64,000 bases of DNA from contig OZ242260.1 of the NCBI GenBank assembly GCA_965207065.1, positions 2,944,001 through 3,008,000 on the forward strand, written 5' to 3'. The notes beneath the pieces were generated by a model. The model was not told the origin of the DNA. It saw nothing but the letters and a program-made list of their open reading frames with translations, and ran no database searches. The DNA comes from a bacterium. GTDB lineage: Bacteria; UBA8248. Below are positions 20,313-30,348 of this stretch, one piece after another. The stretch's first letter is position 1. Each line of letters starts with the position of its first letter. The translations under genes and the position numbers were made by a program.

Positions 20313-21215
20313 ATGGCGTCACCGAGCGACCTCGCCGTTTCCGAGATGGATTTCGATACCGTTCCCGAGCGCTCATGGGCCGACAAGATAAAGGATACGG
20401 CGCGGAAAAAGCCCCTGGGCGCGGTGAGCGCATGCGCCGTCCTCGTGATGATCCTCCTGGCCGCTTTCGCGAACGTGATCACCTTCTACGACCCGGTGCA
20501 GAACGCCTTTGACAGCATGCACGTCGCCCCGAGCGTCACGCACTGGTTCGGGACGGATCAGTTCGGGCGTGATATTTTTACGCGCATCGTCTTCGGCGCC
20601 AGAACGGCGCTGTTCGTGGGGTTCTCGGCCTCGATTCTCGGCTCCACAGCAGGCCTCATCCTGGGTGTGGGGAGTGCCTATTTCGGTGGGCGCTTCGACC
20701 TCATCTTCCAGCGCTTCATGGATATCTTCATCTCGTTTCCGCTCATCATCATGGCGCTCTCGGTGGTCTCGATCTTCGGAACGGGGACGCAAAACGTGAT
20801 TTTCGCCATCACGATTCCTTTAATACCCAGATGCGCCCGCGTGGTGCGCTCGAGCGCGCTCTCGATACGGGAAATTCCCTACGTGGACGCCGCGCGAGCG
20901 CTCGGCTTCGCGCACGTGCGCATCATCTCCCGGCACATGATTCCCAACGTCATGGCGCCCTATCTCATCATGCTCACTTCTTTCCTGGGGCAGGCGATTC
21001 TACTCGAAGCCTCGCTCTCCTACCTGGGTCTGGGCGTACAGGAACCCACCGCCGCCTGGGGACTGATGCTTCAGGGAGGTGCTGAGGAATACGCCGAAAG
21101 CGCGCCCTGGATTCCCGTTTTCCCGGGATTGGCCATCACCGCCGCCGTCTTCGCCTTTAACCTCTTCGGCGACGCCGTGCGCGACACACTCGACCCCAGA
21201 CTGCGCTCCGAGTAG
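20313..21215 (+). CDS. dppC: Peptide ABC permease (DppC-like)
   Basis: HWFGTDQFGRD, YVDAARALG, LSYLGLG, FNLFGDAVRD. Confidence 0.92.
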   Translation: MASPSDLAVSEMDFDTVPERSWADKIKDTARKKPLGAVSACAVLVMILLAAFANVITFYDPVQNAFDSMHVAPSVTHWFGTDQFGRDIFTRIVFGARTALFVGFSASILGSTAGLILGVGSAYFGGRFDLIFQRFMDIFISFPLIIMALSVVSIFGTGTQNVIFAITIPLIPRCARVVRSSALSIREIPYVDAARALGFAHVRIISRHMIPNVMAPYLIMLTSFLGQAILLEASLSYLGLGVQEPTAAWGLMLQGGAEEYAESAPWIPVFPGLAITAAVFAFNLFGDAVRDTLDPRLRSE

Positions 21216-21356
21216 TTTTTTTAGGGGAATTATATACCTGAGTTGACGACCTTCTTCTTGTAAGTCAATTTCATAAAGAATCCAGCAGTTAAATTCATTC
21301 TTCCCTCCCCAAAACTACTCTCCCATGCTTGAGTTTTTCTCACTCTCCCCTTGAAG

Positions 21357-21559
21357 GGTTGTTGAAAAAGCCCCTCACAACATCTCACTTATCCCGAGTA
21401 GGTGTGCGCCGTAAGGACAACCCCCCGTGGTCGTCCTTCATCAGGACAAGCGCGGGGCAGGGCGACCACAGGGGGTAGCCCCTACGCAAGGCATTCGCAC
21501 TAGTAACGAACGAATTCGCACCGAGAGTAGAGTAGGGACAGGTCGCGACCTGTCCCTAC
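21357..21559. repeat. Repeat cluster: single GTTGAAAAA end, inverted GTAG-REP doublet and a 28-bp perfect palindrome
   Basis: gggttgttgaaaaagcccc at 21357; gtaaggacaaccccccgtggtcgtcct (21411-21437) with inverted partner at 21459-21485; gtagggacaggtcgcgacctgtccctac (21532-21559). Confidence 0.75.
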
Positions 21560-21665
21560 CCATTTGTTGCTAACCAAAATGACATGCAAGTGGACAGGCA
21601 GGTCCCCGGACAATCCCCCGTGCCTGTCGAAAGGGGCAGCGAAGGTGCGTCTTGTGTGAGTCGCC

Positions 21666-22181
21666 TCAGAGGTTCTTGAGCTGCCGGTTGCGCCTGCGCT
21701 CTTTCCTGGGGGCGCGCCTGGGGTTTCCCTTCTTCTTCGTGTCGCGTCTCGGTGTTCTGGACGGCTCGTCCTCGGGAGAATCCTCCTCCATGAAGGCCGC
21801 CTGGTGGAGGCGGTCCCGAAACTCGCCCGTGCGCACGATTGCCGAGGCAAAGGGCGCGGCCGCCTCGCCGAGGGCCCTGTCCGAGGTGACGAGAACGGCG
21901 CCCCTGTAGCGGTCCTTCAGGAGGCGCAGGATAAGCGCGTCGGCGATTTCGTGCCTGGAGAATAGCACCTCGATGCCGCCCGCGTTTTTTCCACCCCCGT
22001 GATCATGATGGGATTTGCCGTCGAAAACGACGGTGATTCTGGGATTTGCGCCGGAATTTCTGCGGTAGCTCTGGAGCATCTCGATGAGGCCCTCGCGCCC
22101 GGCTTCCAAATCCTGATGGAGCACGCGCCTCAGTTCAGCGATGGCGGGAATGAGGTTGTATCCGTCGATGACGATGCGCAT
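21666..22181 (-). CDS. NYN-domain (YacP/Rae1-like) ribonuclease
   Basis: IVIDGYNLI, VVFDG, ADALI, VTSDRAL; basic C-terminal tail. Confidence 0.85.
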   Translation of the reverse strand: MRIVIDGYNLIPAIAELRRVLHQDLEAGREGLIEMLQSYRRNSGANPRITVVFDGKSHHDHGGGKNAGGIEVLFSRHEIADALILRLLKDRYRGAVLVTSDRALGEAAAPFASAIVRTGEFRDRLHQAAFMEEDSPEDEPSRTPRRDTKKKGNPRRAPRKERRRNRQLKNL

Positions 22182-22199
22182 GTCTATCCAGTAACTCCC

Positions 22200-23024
22200 T
22201 TAAAAGGGCTGGAAGAGGACGTCCATGAGCGCAGCCGCTTTTCGTGCGTCTCCCTCGATGAGGAGAGAGCTATCCGCGATTTTCTGCACTCGATCCGCCC
22301 GGCCCGCGCACAGGAGGACCATATCGCTGCCAGATGCAAAGAGGACGGCATCGGGAGAATCGGAGGGACTCTCAAGGGCCGATGCCTCACCACCGGCTAT
22401 CGACATCTCCCACGCCGCATCCGGTTTGCTCGTCTCGAAGCGGAAGACACCCGCAGGCCCGGTTGCGCCCGATCGGTTGAAATAGAGGGGAAGCCGCGTT
22501 TCGAGAATATCGACGAGTGCGCCCAACGATTCGGTCCCCAGCGGCGCATCCGTTTCGTTCTCCAAATCCCAGCCGTGGAGCGCGATCTCGTAGAGACGTT
22601 GTGCAGGGAAGGTGCGCACTTTCGTGTTCCCCTTCCGGTGCCAGAGGTCACGGTCCAGATCGCCGGGTTCAAGGCGCTCGATCTCAGCCTGGAGGTCGTC
22701 CTGGCTATCCTCTATCCAATTGATGCGCTCCTTAGAGGCCATGGCGATGGATTTTCGGGTGATTTCTTCGCGCGCCGCCTGGAATTCCTCGGGTGTCCCT
22801 GCGTCGAGCGAGATGACGACCTCGCCCCGGCGCGCCGCCCGGATGCGCTCGGCATAGGAGATGGCTCCTCCCGTCATGTGGCCGACGAGTTGCGCCGCGT
22901 TCCACTTGGTGCAGAAGGTGGGTTTCATCCAATCGGCTTCCGAGAGCACACGGAGCCTCTCGATGAAGCGCGCGTTTTCGTGCGTGAGCCACCGAATCGC
23001 GGGGAGAAGAGGGGTGTCGTTCAA
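22200..23024 (-). CDS. Maleylpyruvate-isomerase-like (DinB superfamily, MDMPI_N) metalloprotein with SCP2-like C-terminus
   Basis: DWMKPTFCTKW...LVGH, RLYEIALHGWDL, C-terminal GR...IEGD. Confidence 0.8.
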   Translation of the reverse strand: MNDTPLLPAIRWLTHENARFIERLRVLSEADWMKPTFCTKWNAAQLVGHMTGGAISYAERIRAARRGEVVISLDAGTPEEFQAAREEITRKSIAMASKERINWIEDSQDDLQAEIERLEPGDLDRDLWHRKGNTKVRTFPAQRLYEIALHGWDLENETDAPLGTESLGALVDILETRLPLYFNRSGATGPAGVFRFETSKPDAAWEMSIAGGEASALESPSDSPDAVLFASGSDMVLLCAGRADRVQKIADSSLLIEGDARKAAALMDVLFQPF

Positions 23025-23044
23025 TTTGAAGACGCCACGGGCAT

Positions 23045-23072
23045 AAAAATCGCCCCCAACGAGTGGGGGCGA
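23045..23072 (-). terminator. Intrinsic terminator after coxM
   Basis: Stem tcgccccca/tgggggcga followed by a T-run on the minus strand. Confidence 0.6.
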
Positions 23073-23123
23073 CGTAAGAAAATCACGTTTTCCTGGAAAT
23101 CGTGCACGCCTGAAGATTAGGCG

Positions 23124-24005
23124 TTATTTGCCTGTAGCACGAATCCAGGCCTTGCCGATGGCGCGCGCGGTGTATACGCCTGCCAGATGGCGTCTGAAGT
23201 CCGCTCCGGCGTAAAAATCATCGAGTGCGTCTACGCCTTCACCGGCCCCCGCAGCCGCCTTGCGGATCGATTCCGCACTCGGCGCGCTGCCCATGAGGGC
23301 GTTTTCGACGCTCGTGGCTCGATACGCTGCTGCGGCTACGCCCGTCACGCCGACGCGGATGGAGGCGACCACCCCGTTTCCGTCCAACGCGAGTCGGGCC
23401 GCCACGCCGCACACCGCAAAGCCGCTGGCTTGCTGCGCCGCCTTGAGATACGCGCTTGAGCCCCGTACGGCCGAAGCCCGTATGCGGACGGAGGTGATAA
23501 TCTCGCCCGCGCGCAGGGCCGTCTCGTATGCTCCGGTGAAGAAGTCATCGGCACCGATGACGCGCTCGCCGTCCGCGCCCACGGCGGTGATTTCCGCTCC
23601 CGCCGCCAGCACGACCGCCGGGTAGTCCGCGGCGGGGTCGGCATGGGCGAGGGAGCCGCCCAGCGTCCCGCGGTTTCTCACCTGTACGTCGCCGATGGCG
23701 CCGGCCGCCTCGACGAGGGAGTGGCATTTCCCCCGAACCAGGGGTGACGCCTCGATTTCGGCGTGGGTCGTCATCGCGCCGATGCGAACTCCGCCCTCTG
23801 CTCCCTCTGATTCGGAGATGCCCGAGAGGTCCTCGAGACCCGCGACGTCGATAAGGACGCCCGGATCGGCGAGCCTCGCCTTCATCACGGGCAGAAGGCT
23901 ATGGCCTCCGGCGAGGACCCGTGCGTCTTCTCCATGCTCCCTGAGTTGCGCGAGAGCGTCTTCTAGCGATTGTGGTCGAACGTAGTCGAAAGAAGCTGGA
24001 ATCAT
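23124..24005 (-). CDS. coxM: Molybdenum hydroxylase FAD-binding subunit (CoxM/CutM)
   Basis: MIPASFDYVRP, LAGGHSLLP, QVRNRGTLGGSLAHADPAAD, FFTG.YET. Confidence 0.92.
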   Translation of the reverse strand: MIPASFDYVRPQSLEDALAQLREHGEDARVLAGGHSLLPVMKARLADPGVLIDVAGLEDLSGISESEGAEGGVRIGAMTTHAEIEASPLVRGKCHSLVEAAGAIGDVQVRNRGTLGGSLAHADPAADYPAVVLAAGAEITAVGADGERVIGADDFFTGAYETALRAGEIITSVRIRASAVRGSSAYLKAAQQASGFAVCGVAARLALDGNGVVASIRVGVTGVAAAAYRATSVENALMGSAPSAESIRKAAAGAGEGVDALDDFYAGADFRRHLAGVYTARAIGKAWIRATGK

Positions 24006-24007
24006 AC

Positions 24008-26335
24008 TTAAGCCCTCTTCTCGGCGATGGCGCGCCACAGTCTCTCGGGGCGCAGCGGCATGTCGATGTGCGTGATACCGAATGGCGAAAGCGCGTCGAG
24101 CACGGCGTTCACCACGGCGGGTGTGGAGCCGATGGTGCCGGCTTCGCCCACGCCCTTCGCGCCCAGCGGGTTTACGTCCGTCGGCGTAGTGGTGTGCAGT
24201 AGCTCGAAGCGTGGCAGCCTGTTCGCCTTGGGTAAGGCGTAGTGCATGAACGATGCGTTGAGCGGCTGCCCGCCCTCGCCGTAAATCATCTCTTCTTCCA
24301 GCGCCTGTCCCAACCCCTGGGCGATGCCGCCGTGGATCTGCCCGTGCACGAGCAGCGGGTTAATCATGTTGCCCACGTCGTCCACCGCCACGTAGCGGAG
24401 AATTTCCACATCGCCCGTCTCCGGGTCGACCTCGGCCAGTACGATATGCGTCCCGAAGGGGAAGGTGAAGTTGCTCGGCTCGAAGAAGTGGGTTTCCTCG
24501 AGGCCCGGATCGGTGTCTTCGGGAAGTGCGATGGCGCTGTAGGCCATCATCGCGACCTCGGCGAAGCCGGCCGATTTCTCGGGCGCGCTCCTGACGAATA
24601 CCTTGCCGTCCTCGAATTCGATGTCGTTCTCGTCCGCCTCGAATTCCATCGCCGCGAACTTGGCCATCTTGGCCCGCACCTTGTCGCGCGCGTAGACGAC
24701 CGCCGAGCCGCCGACCACGGTGCCCCGGCTGCCGAAAGTGCCCACGCCGTAGGGCACGACGTCGGTGTCTCCATGGATGACGGTCACGTCGTTCACGTCG
24801 ATGCCCAGCCCATCCGCCACGATCTGGGCGAATGACGTCTGCTGGCCCTGACCGTGGGGCGATGCGCCCGAGAATACGGTAGCCTTGCCCGTGGGCTCCA
24901 CGCGTACCCGCGCGCTCTCCCATCCCTGACCGCCCAGTGCGGCGGAAGGACCCATGCCGCAAATCTCGACGTAGGTCGAAAAGCCGATTCCCAGATATCT
25001 GCCGTCTTTTCTGGCTTCTTCCTGCTGCGCGCGCATACCGGAGTAATCCGCCGCTTCGAGCGCGAGGTCGAGCGCCTGATGGTAATCCCCGCTGTCGTAG
25101 CTGAGGCCTGCGGAGGTGTTGAATGGGAACTCGGATTTGTCCGGGAAATTCTTGCGCCTGATTTCCACGGGGTCCATGCCCAGCTCTATCGCGGCAATGT
25201 CCATCATGCGTTCCAGGATATATGTCGCCTCGGGACGGCCAGCGCCCCGGTAGGCGTCAGTCGCCACCTTGTTGGTGAACACGCCGGTGGCGTTCATCTC
25301 GATGTTCTCGATTTTGTAGGGGCCGGGCAGCATTAAACCCGTCAGCGTGAAGATGGCCACGGTGAGCAACTGATAGTAAGCCCCGCAATCGGCCAGCACG
25401 TTGTAGCGGAACGCGGTGATGGTTCCGTCGTTCTTGAGGCCCATTTCCACATCGCCCACCTGGCCGCGCCCGTGGATGGTGGTCATGAAGTTCTCGGAGC
25501 GGCTTTCCACCCACTTGATCGGCACGCCGAGTTCGCGCGAGACGAAGGCGGCGAGCGCCTCTTCGCGGTAGATGTTGAGCTTGCTGCCGAAGCCGCCGCC
25601 CACCTCGGGGGCGATGACGCGCATGCGGTTTTCCGGCATCCCGATCTGGATCGCCACCAGCGTGCGCACCTTGTGCGGCACCTGGGTGGAGGTCCAGATC
25701 GTCATCTTGTCCTCGCCGGGGAGGTAGTGCGCCAGAACGCCCCTGGGCTCGAGTGCCAGCGGGGCGACGCGGGCGTTAGTGATTTTCTCCTTGACGATGA
25801 CGTCGGCCTCTTTCATGCCGGCTTCCACGTCGCCGCCTGCGATTCCCCACTTGAAAGCCTCGTTGCTCTCATACGCGTCGTGCACCTTGGGAGAGCCGGA
25901 CTCGATAGCTGCTGCCAGGTCCACCACGGCGTCGAGCGGTTCGTAGTCGATATCGACCAGGTCCGCCGCGTCGCGCGCGCCGTAGCGCGTCTCGGCGATC
26001 ACCGCGACGACAGGCTCGCCCGCGAACAGCGTCTGTTTGTCCGCCAGAATCGGCTGTTCGGGAACCTTGGCGTCGGGTACGAGGCCGCCCACGGGAACGG
26101 GGCCGATGCCCTTCGTTTCCTCATGCGTATAGACGGCGACGACGCCTTCTGCCGCGGCCGCCTTTGAGACGTCGACCGAGCGTATGTTGGCTTTGCCGTA
26201 CGGGCTTCTCACCACCGCCATGTGCAGGGTGCCGTGTGGGTTGAAATCGTCCACGTAGTGGGCGAGGCCCTGGATGAGACGCGGATCGTCTCGTCTTTTG
26301 ATGGGCGCGCCGATGAATTTGGGTGCTTGCGCCAT
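24008..26335 (-). CDS. coxL: Molybdenum hydroxylase large subunit, form-II CoxL type
   Basis: VGGGFGSK, AYRGAGR (form II motif), HGQG, GTFGSRG, GQIHGG, KGVGEAG; S-L-M gene order. Confidence 0.92.
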   Translation of the reverse strand: MAQAPKFIGAPIKRRDDPRLIQGLAHYVDDFNPHGTLHMAVVRSPYGKANIRSVDVSKAAAAEGVVAVYTHEETKGIGPVPVGGLVPDAKVPEQPILADKQTLFAGEPVVAVIAETRYGARDAADLVDIDYEPLDAVVDLAAAIESGSPKVHDAYESNEAFKWGIAGGDVEAGMKEADVIVKEKITNARVAPLALEPRGVLAHYLPGEDKMTIWTSTQVPHKVRTLVAIQIGMPENRMRVIAPEVGGGFGSKLNIYREEALAAFVSRELGVPIKWVESRSENFMTTIHGRGQVGDVEMGLKNDGTITAFRYNVLADCGAYYQLLTVAIFTLTGLMLPGPYKIENIEMNATGVFTNKVATDAYRGAGRPEATYILERMMDIAAIELGMDPVEIRRKNFPDKSEFPFNTSAGLSYDSGDYHQALDLALEAADYSGMRAQQEEARKDGRYLGIGFSTYVEICGMGPSAALGGQGWESARVRVEPTGKATVFSGASPHGQGQQTSFAQIVADGLGIDVNDVTVIHGDTDVVPYGVGTFGSRGTVVGGSAVVYARDKVRAKMAKFAAMEFEADENDIEFEDGKVFVRSAPEKSAGFAEVAMMAYSAIALPEDTDPGLEETHFFEPSNFTFPFGTHIVLAEVDPETGDVEILRYVAVDDVGNMINPLLVHGQIHGGIAQGLGQALEEEMIYGEGGQPLNASFMHYALPKANRLPRFELLHTTTPTDVNPLGAKGVGEAGTIGSTPAVVNAVLDALSPFGITHIDMPLRPERLWRAIAEKRA

Positions 26336-26338
26336 CTC

Positions 26339-26821
26339 TTATTCCCTCATCTGAGCCGCCGCCGCGGAAATGGCGTCGACGATGTTTTGATAACCCGTGC
26401 AGCGGCATATGTTTCCTTCGATGCCGTGCCTGATTTCCTCGTCTGTCGGATTGGAGTTGGACGCGATGAGCTGGTTCGCCGTCAGGATCATGCCCGGCGT
26501 GCAGAAGCCGCATTGCAATCCGTGTTTTTCCCAGAACTGCTCTTGAAGCGGATGGAGCTGATCCCCGTTGGCGAATCCCTCGATGGTCGTGACCGCGCAA
26601 CCATCCGCCTGCACGGCCAGGACAGTGCAGCTTTTCACCGCCTTGCCGTCCATCAGGACGGTGCAAGCGCCGCAAATCGAGGTTTCACACGCGATGTGCG
26701 TGCCTGTCAGGCCGGCGTCATCGCGCAGCAGGTGAACAAGAAGGGTTCTGGGCTCCACGTCGAACGTCCGGCTCTCGCCGTTGATGCTGATATTGATTTC
26801 CAAGGTCTTCGGGCCCCCCAC
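26339..26821 (-). CDS. coxS: 2Fe-2S small subunit (CoxS/CutS)
   Basis: CETSICGACTV, KSC, QCGFCTPG, NICRCTGY; exact start uncertain (GTG 26821 or TTG 26803). Confidence 0.92.
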   Translation of the reverse strand: MGGPKTLEINISINGESRTFDVEPRTLLVHLLRDDAGLTGTHIACETSICGACTVLMDGKAVKSCTVLAVQADGCAVTTIEGFANGDQLHPLQEQFWEKHGLQCGFCTPGMILTANQLIASNSNPTDEEIRHGIEGNICRCTGYQNIVDAISAAAAQMRE

Positions 26822-27045
26822 GCATGAAAAAAAGTTCGAAGCGAATTCCCGATATGGGAGTCTATCGCCTCACCGAAGAATTGCGTTCCTCCATGAAATG
26901 CTCGAGTGAAATCATTATTGATGATGCGGCGAGGCCGTGTCAAGACGAAACTTTTTGAGGGCAGGAGCCGGTGTGTTTCGAGCCTCTCATCGTCTTTCGG
27001 GGAAAATGCGTGTAGGATACCTCCATCTTGCCGCCTGAACAGGAT

Positions 27046-28173
27046 ATGAAAATGGCCCACGCAGGTTTCGCCACGACAGAGGGCACGCAAAGCTACGCGC
27101 AGGCCCATTCGTCGGTCTGTCATCCCGATCATTACAGGCAGCTGAACGGCCTTTGGCTCTCCTCCATCGGGGTCGGCACCTATCTCGGAGAGGCAGACGA
27201 GGCGACCGACGCTGCTTACCGCGAATCCGTGGCCGCCGCCGTCCGCGGCGGTTGCAACGTCATCGACACGGCGGTGAACTATCGCTTTCAGCGCAGCGAG
27301 AGGAACATCCGCGCCGCACTGGACGATCTGTTTGCGGCAGGCGAGGTGAGCAGGGATGCGCTGGTCATATCCACCAAGGGAGGGTTCATCCCCTTCGACA
27401 CCCATCCACCGACCGGGCAGGCGGATTTTATGGATTACATGAGGAAAACCTATTTCGAGCCGGGAGTCTGCACGCCCGAGGATATCGTTGCGAACTGCCA
27501 CTGCATGACGCCCGCGTATATCAGACATGAACTCGACGCGAGCCTTGAGAACCTGGGGCTTGATACTATTGACGTCTACTACGTCCACAATCCCGAAACG
27601 CAGCTTCAGGAAGTCTCGCGCGAGGTTTTCCTGAGCAGGCTCAAGGACACCTTCGAGACACTCGAGGGAGCGGTGGCGGAGGGGAAGATCAAAAGCTACG
27701 GCACGGCCACCTGGAACGGGTATCGCATGGAGCCGGGTGAGGGGGAGTATCTCTCGCTGGCTGAGGTGCTCGGAGCGGCGCAAGCCGCGGGCGGTGAGAA
27801 TCATCACTTCAGGGTCGTTCAGCTGCCGCTGAATCTGGGCATGCCCGAGGCTTTCTCCAAGCCAAACCAGAGCCTAAACGGCGAGACGACGTGCTTTCTC
27901 GCCGCCGCCGCCCAAAGAGGCGTCACCGTCATGACGAGCGGCTCCATCCTCCAGGGACGCGCCGCCGAGGGGCTTCCTCCCATAATAGGGGAGGTGTTTC
28001 CGGGGTTTTCCACCGACGGGCAGCGCGCCATACAGTTTACCCGCAGCGCGCCCGGCGTGGCCGTCGCCCTGGTGGGTATGCGGCAGATGGACCACGTCGT
28101 CGAGAACATGGAAGTGGCCCAATCTCCGCCCGCTTCATTCGATGATTTCATCCGCCTGTTCCGCGAAGAATAA
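27046..28173 (+). CDS. Aldo/keto reductase
   Basis: SSIGVGTY, IDTAVNYR, STKGG, YYVHNPE, GKIKSYG, QLPLN. Confidence 0.9.
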   Translation: MKMAHAGFATTEGTQSYAQAHSSVCHPDHYRQLNGLWLSSIGVGTYLGEADEATDAAYRESVAAAVRGGCNVIDTAVNYRFQRSERNIRAALDDLFAAGEVSRDALVISTKGGFIPFDTHPPTGQADFMDYMRKTYFEPGVCTPEDIVANCHCMTPAYIRHELDASLENLGLDTIDVYYVHNPETQLQEVSREVFLSRLKDTFETLEGAVAEGKIKSYGTATWNGYRMEPGEGEYLSLAEVLGAAQAAGGENHHFRVVQLPLNLGMPEAFSKPNQSLNGETTCFLAAAAQRGVTVMTSGSILQGRAAEGLPPIIGEVFPGFSTDGQRAIQFTRSAPGVAVALVGMRQMDHVVENMEVAQSPPASFDDFIRLFREE

Positions 28174-28287
28174 TTTCTGGAAAAAAACTCTGCTCGGTGC
28201 TTTTCCCGGCCCACCCTCATCCCATAGAATGCGCGGCGAATCTCGACAGACCGCTTCTCGACATCATTCATTCCAGATGGAGGAAAC

Positions 28288-29562
28288 ATGCGCAGACCCT
28301 CATATCACCCAAACCCCATTCGCGGCGGCGGCAACGACGCCTACACCGGCGTGGACCACGTGCTCACCGAACCCTGGAAAGAAGAGGCGCACAACGTCCG
28401 CCTCGTCGCCCACTCGGACTTGAACGGCTGGGGCGACGCATTTCAGATTCAGGTGGGCGGTGGCATCTGCTACGTCGCGGCCTCGGGCGTGAACGGCCAC
28501 GACGGCATGACGATTCTCGACGTCAAGGACCCGGCGAATCCCAAGATCATCAACCAGATCGTCGACAGCCCGGCGGCGCGCACGCACAAGGTGCTCCGGA
28601 TCAACGACGAGGTTCTGCTCACGAACTCCGAACTCAGGCCCGCCCTGCGTGAGCAGTATCCCGACGCCATCGGCGGCCTGCGCATTTTCGACAACCGCGA
28701 CCCGTTCCACCCCAAATTCGTGAACTATGTGGAGGTGGACGGCTTCGGCATCCACCGTCCGATTTATGACCGAAAGCGCCAGCTCCTCTACAGCTCGGGC
28801 TTCAAGGACGGCTATGCGGGGAAGGTGTTACTCGTCCATGACATGAAGGACCCCTGGGCGCCCGAGTTCATCGGCATGGGCCACGTGCCCGGCCAGAAAG
28901 ACGGCGAAGAACCCTCCTGGGACCCCGAAATCGTGGGCGACGGCGGGTGGATTCACGAGGGAAATCCCTGGGGGAACTACGTCACGGCGGGCTATTGGGA
29001 CGCCGGCATCGCGCTCTTCGACCTGACCGACCCGACGAAGCCCGAACTCATGTGGCGCCACAACCCGCACGAGACGCACGGCTGGGCGGGCTGCTACCAC
29101 AGTTTCATCGTCCCGGAAGGGTCCGAGTTCGGCATCGTGACGCAGGAGACCACCACGGTGAACTGCGACGATCCGCCCGCGTTCGTGACTTTCTATGACT
29201 TGAGGAACATCCACGAGCCGCTGCCCGTGAGCACGTTCATGCCCTATGAGATCGACCCCATCGAGATGAGGCCCCTCGATGATAAATGGAACAAGACGGG
29301 CTCGCGCCACGGCGCGCACAACATCTGGCTCGACATGACGAAGGACGACCTCATGTATATCACCTGGTTCAACGCGGGCCTCCGGGTGGTGGACTGGTCG
29401 AACCCGTTCCGTCCCAAGGAAGTGGGCTACTACATCCCCGCCGGCACGAAGGAGCGCTGCTGTCCTCAGAGCAACGACGTGCAGGTGGACAAGGACACGG
29501 GCCTCATCTACATGGCCGACCGCTGGGGGCTGGGCCTGCACATCATGGAGTACACGGGCTGA
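28288..29562 (+). CDS. LVIVD-repeat-like beta-propeller protein of unknown function
   Basis: Repeats G-x-x-hydrophobic-D-x-x-D/N-P (GMTILDVKDP, GLRIFDNRDP, LLVHDMKDP, GIALFDLTDP, GLRVVDWSNP); no signal peptide; RBS ggagga. Confidence 0.8.
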   Translation: MRRPSYHPNPIRGGGNDAYTGVDHVLTEPWKEEAHNVRLVAHSDLNGWGDAFQIQVGGGICYVAASGVNGHDGMTILDVKDPANPKIINQIVDSPAARTHKVLRINDEVLLTNSELRPALREQYPDAIGGLRIFDNRDPFHPKFVNYVEVDGFGIHRPIYDRKRQLLYSSGFKDGYAGKVLLVHDMKDPWAPEFIGMGHVPGQKDGEEPSWDPEIVGDGGWIHEGNPWGNYVTAGYWDAGIALFDLTDPTKPELMWRHNPHETHGWAGCYHSFIVPEGSEFGIVTQETTTVNCDDPPAFVTFYDLRNIHEPLPVSTFMPYEIDPIEMRPLDDKWNKTGSRHGAHNIWLDMTKDDLMYITWFNAGLRVVDWSNPFRPKEVGYYIPAGTKERCCPQSNDVQVDKDTGLIYMADRWGLGLHIMEYTG

Positions 29563-29656
29563 GTTTCATGTGGGCCTGCCCGGCGGTAATCCGGATGTCC
29601 GGCCTCGTCTTCACCTGATGGAGGACGCGGGTCGGTACTGAATTTTTCGTTGGACG

Positions 29657-29704
29657 AAGGGCCGCGGCGCGCGGGATTCGAGTCTCACGCCCGCGGCCCT
29701 TTTT
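29657..29704 (+). terminator. Intrinsic terminator
   Basis: Stem aagggccgcgg/ccgcggccctt followed by a T-run. Confidence 0.65.
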
Positions 29705-29815
29705 ATCTTGAAGAAGATGGGCGCGGGCTCTTCTCGCACCTTTTTCGAATTCACGCCTCACTCGAAGTATGAATGTGGCGGAAACGGCGCCGGGTGGGGT
29801 ATTCTCCCCGCACCT

Positions 29816-29901
29816 GCCCGGGTGGTGGAATGGTAGACACTAGGGACTTAAAATCCCTTGGCCGAGAGGCCGTGCCGGTTCGAGTCCGGCCCCGGGTACC
29901 A
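29816..29901 (+). tRNA. tRNA-Leu, anticodon UAA
   Basis: Acceptor GCCCGGG/CCCGGGT, D-arm GGTGGAATGGTAGACAC, anticodon arm aggga-CTTAAAA-tccct, long variable arm, GGTTCGAGTCC, encoded CCA. Confidence 0.97.
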
Positions 29902-29957
29902 TGTTTGAGCGCTAAGTATTTGAAAGCACTTCTGTTGCTATAGTCTGCCTTTGAAAA

Positions 29958-30014
29958 AGCCTGTGCGATGAGGTTTTCCGTCATCCATCGCGCCGGTTCC
30001 ATCCGTTGAGGGAA
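29958..30014 (+). repeat. 57-bp direct repeat, left island boundary
   Basis: agcctgtgcgatgaggt...catcgcgccggttccatccgttgagggaa, 52/57 identical to 39844-39900. Confidence 0.92.
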
Positions 30015-30348
30015 GGCGCGAAAACCTGAAGCAGGCGAACAAGCCCTCCCGAACAGGCGTGGCCGGGCCAGGACCGGACCGTTCGAGTAGATCGGGGGAT
30101 GCCACCGGCACGCGCTCTTCGGGATGCGCGCGGCGCGCCGTCGTCTTCCCGTCGGACCGTCCTCCGAAGTTCTGCCCGCAATGTCTTGTTCACCGTTATG
30201 CTCCGGCGCCACGCAACGTCCTCTCGATAACCACCGGTCGGAGCTCCATGACCCGGCCCGAATCGCGGCATCCAGGTTTCGGTGCTTGAGTGGAACGCGA
30301 GGCAGCAATGAAATAAGCGTGAGAGACGAAGATACGGATTCGATACGA

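Noticed and set aside
24008-26335. True (form I) aerobic CO dehydrogenase
   Set aside because: The active-site loop is AYRGAGR, not AYxCSFR, and the order is S-L-M without accessory genes.
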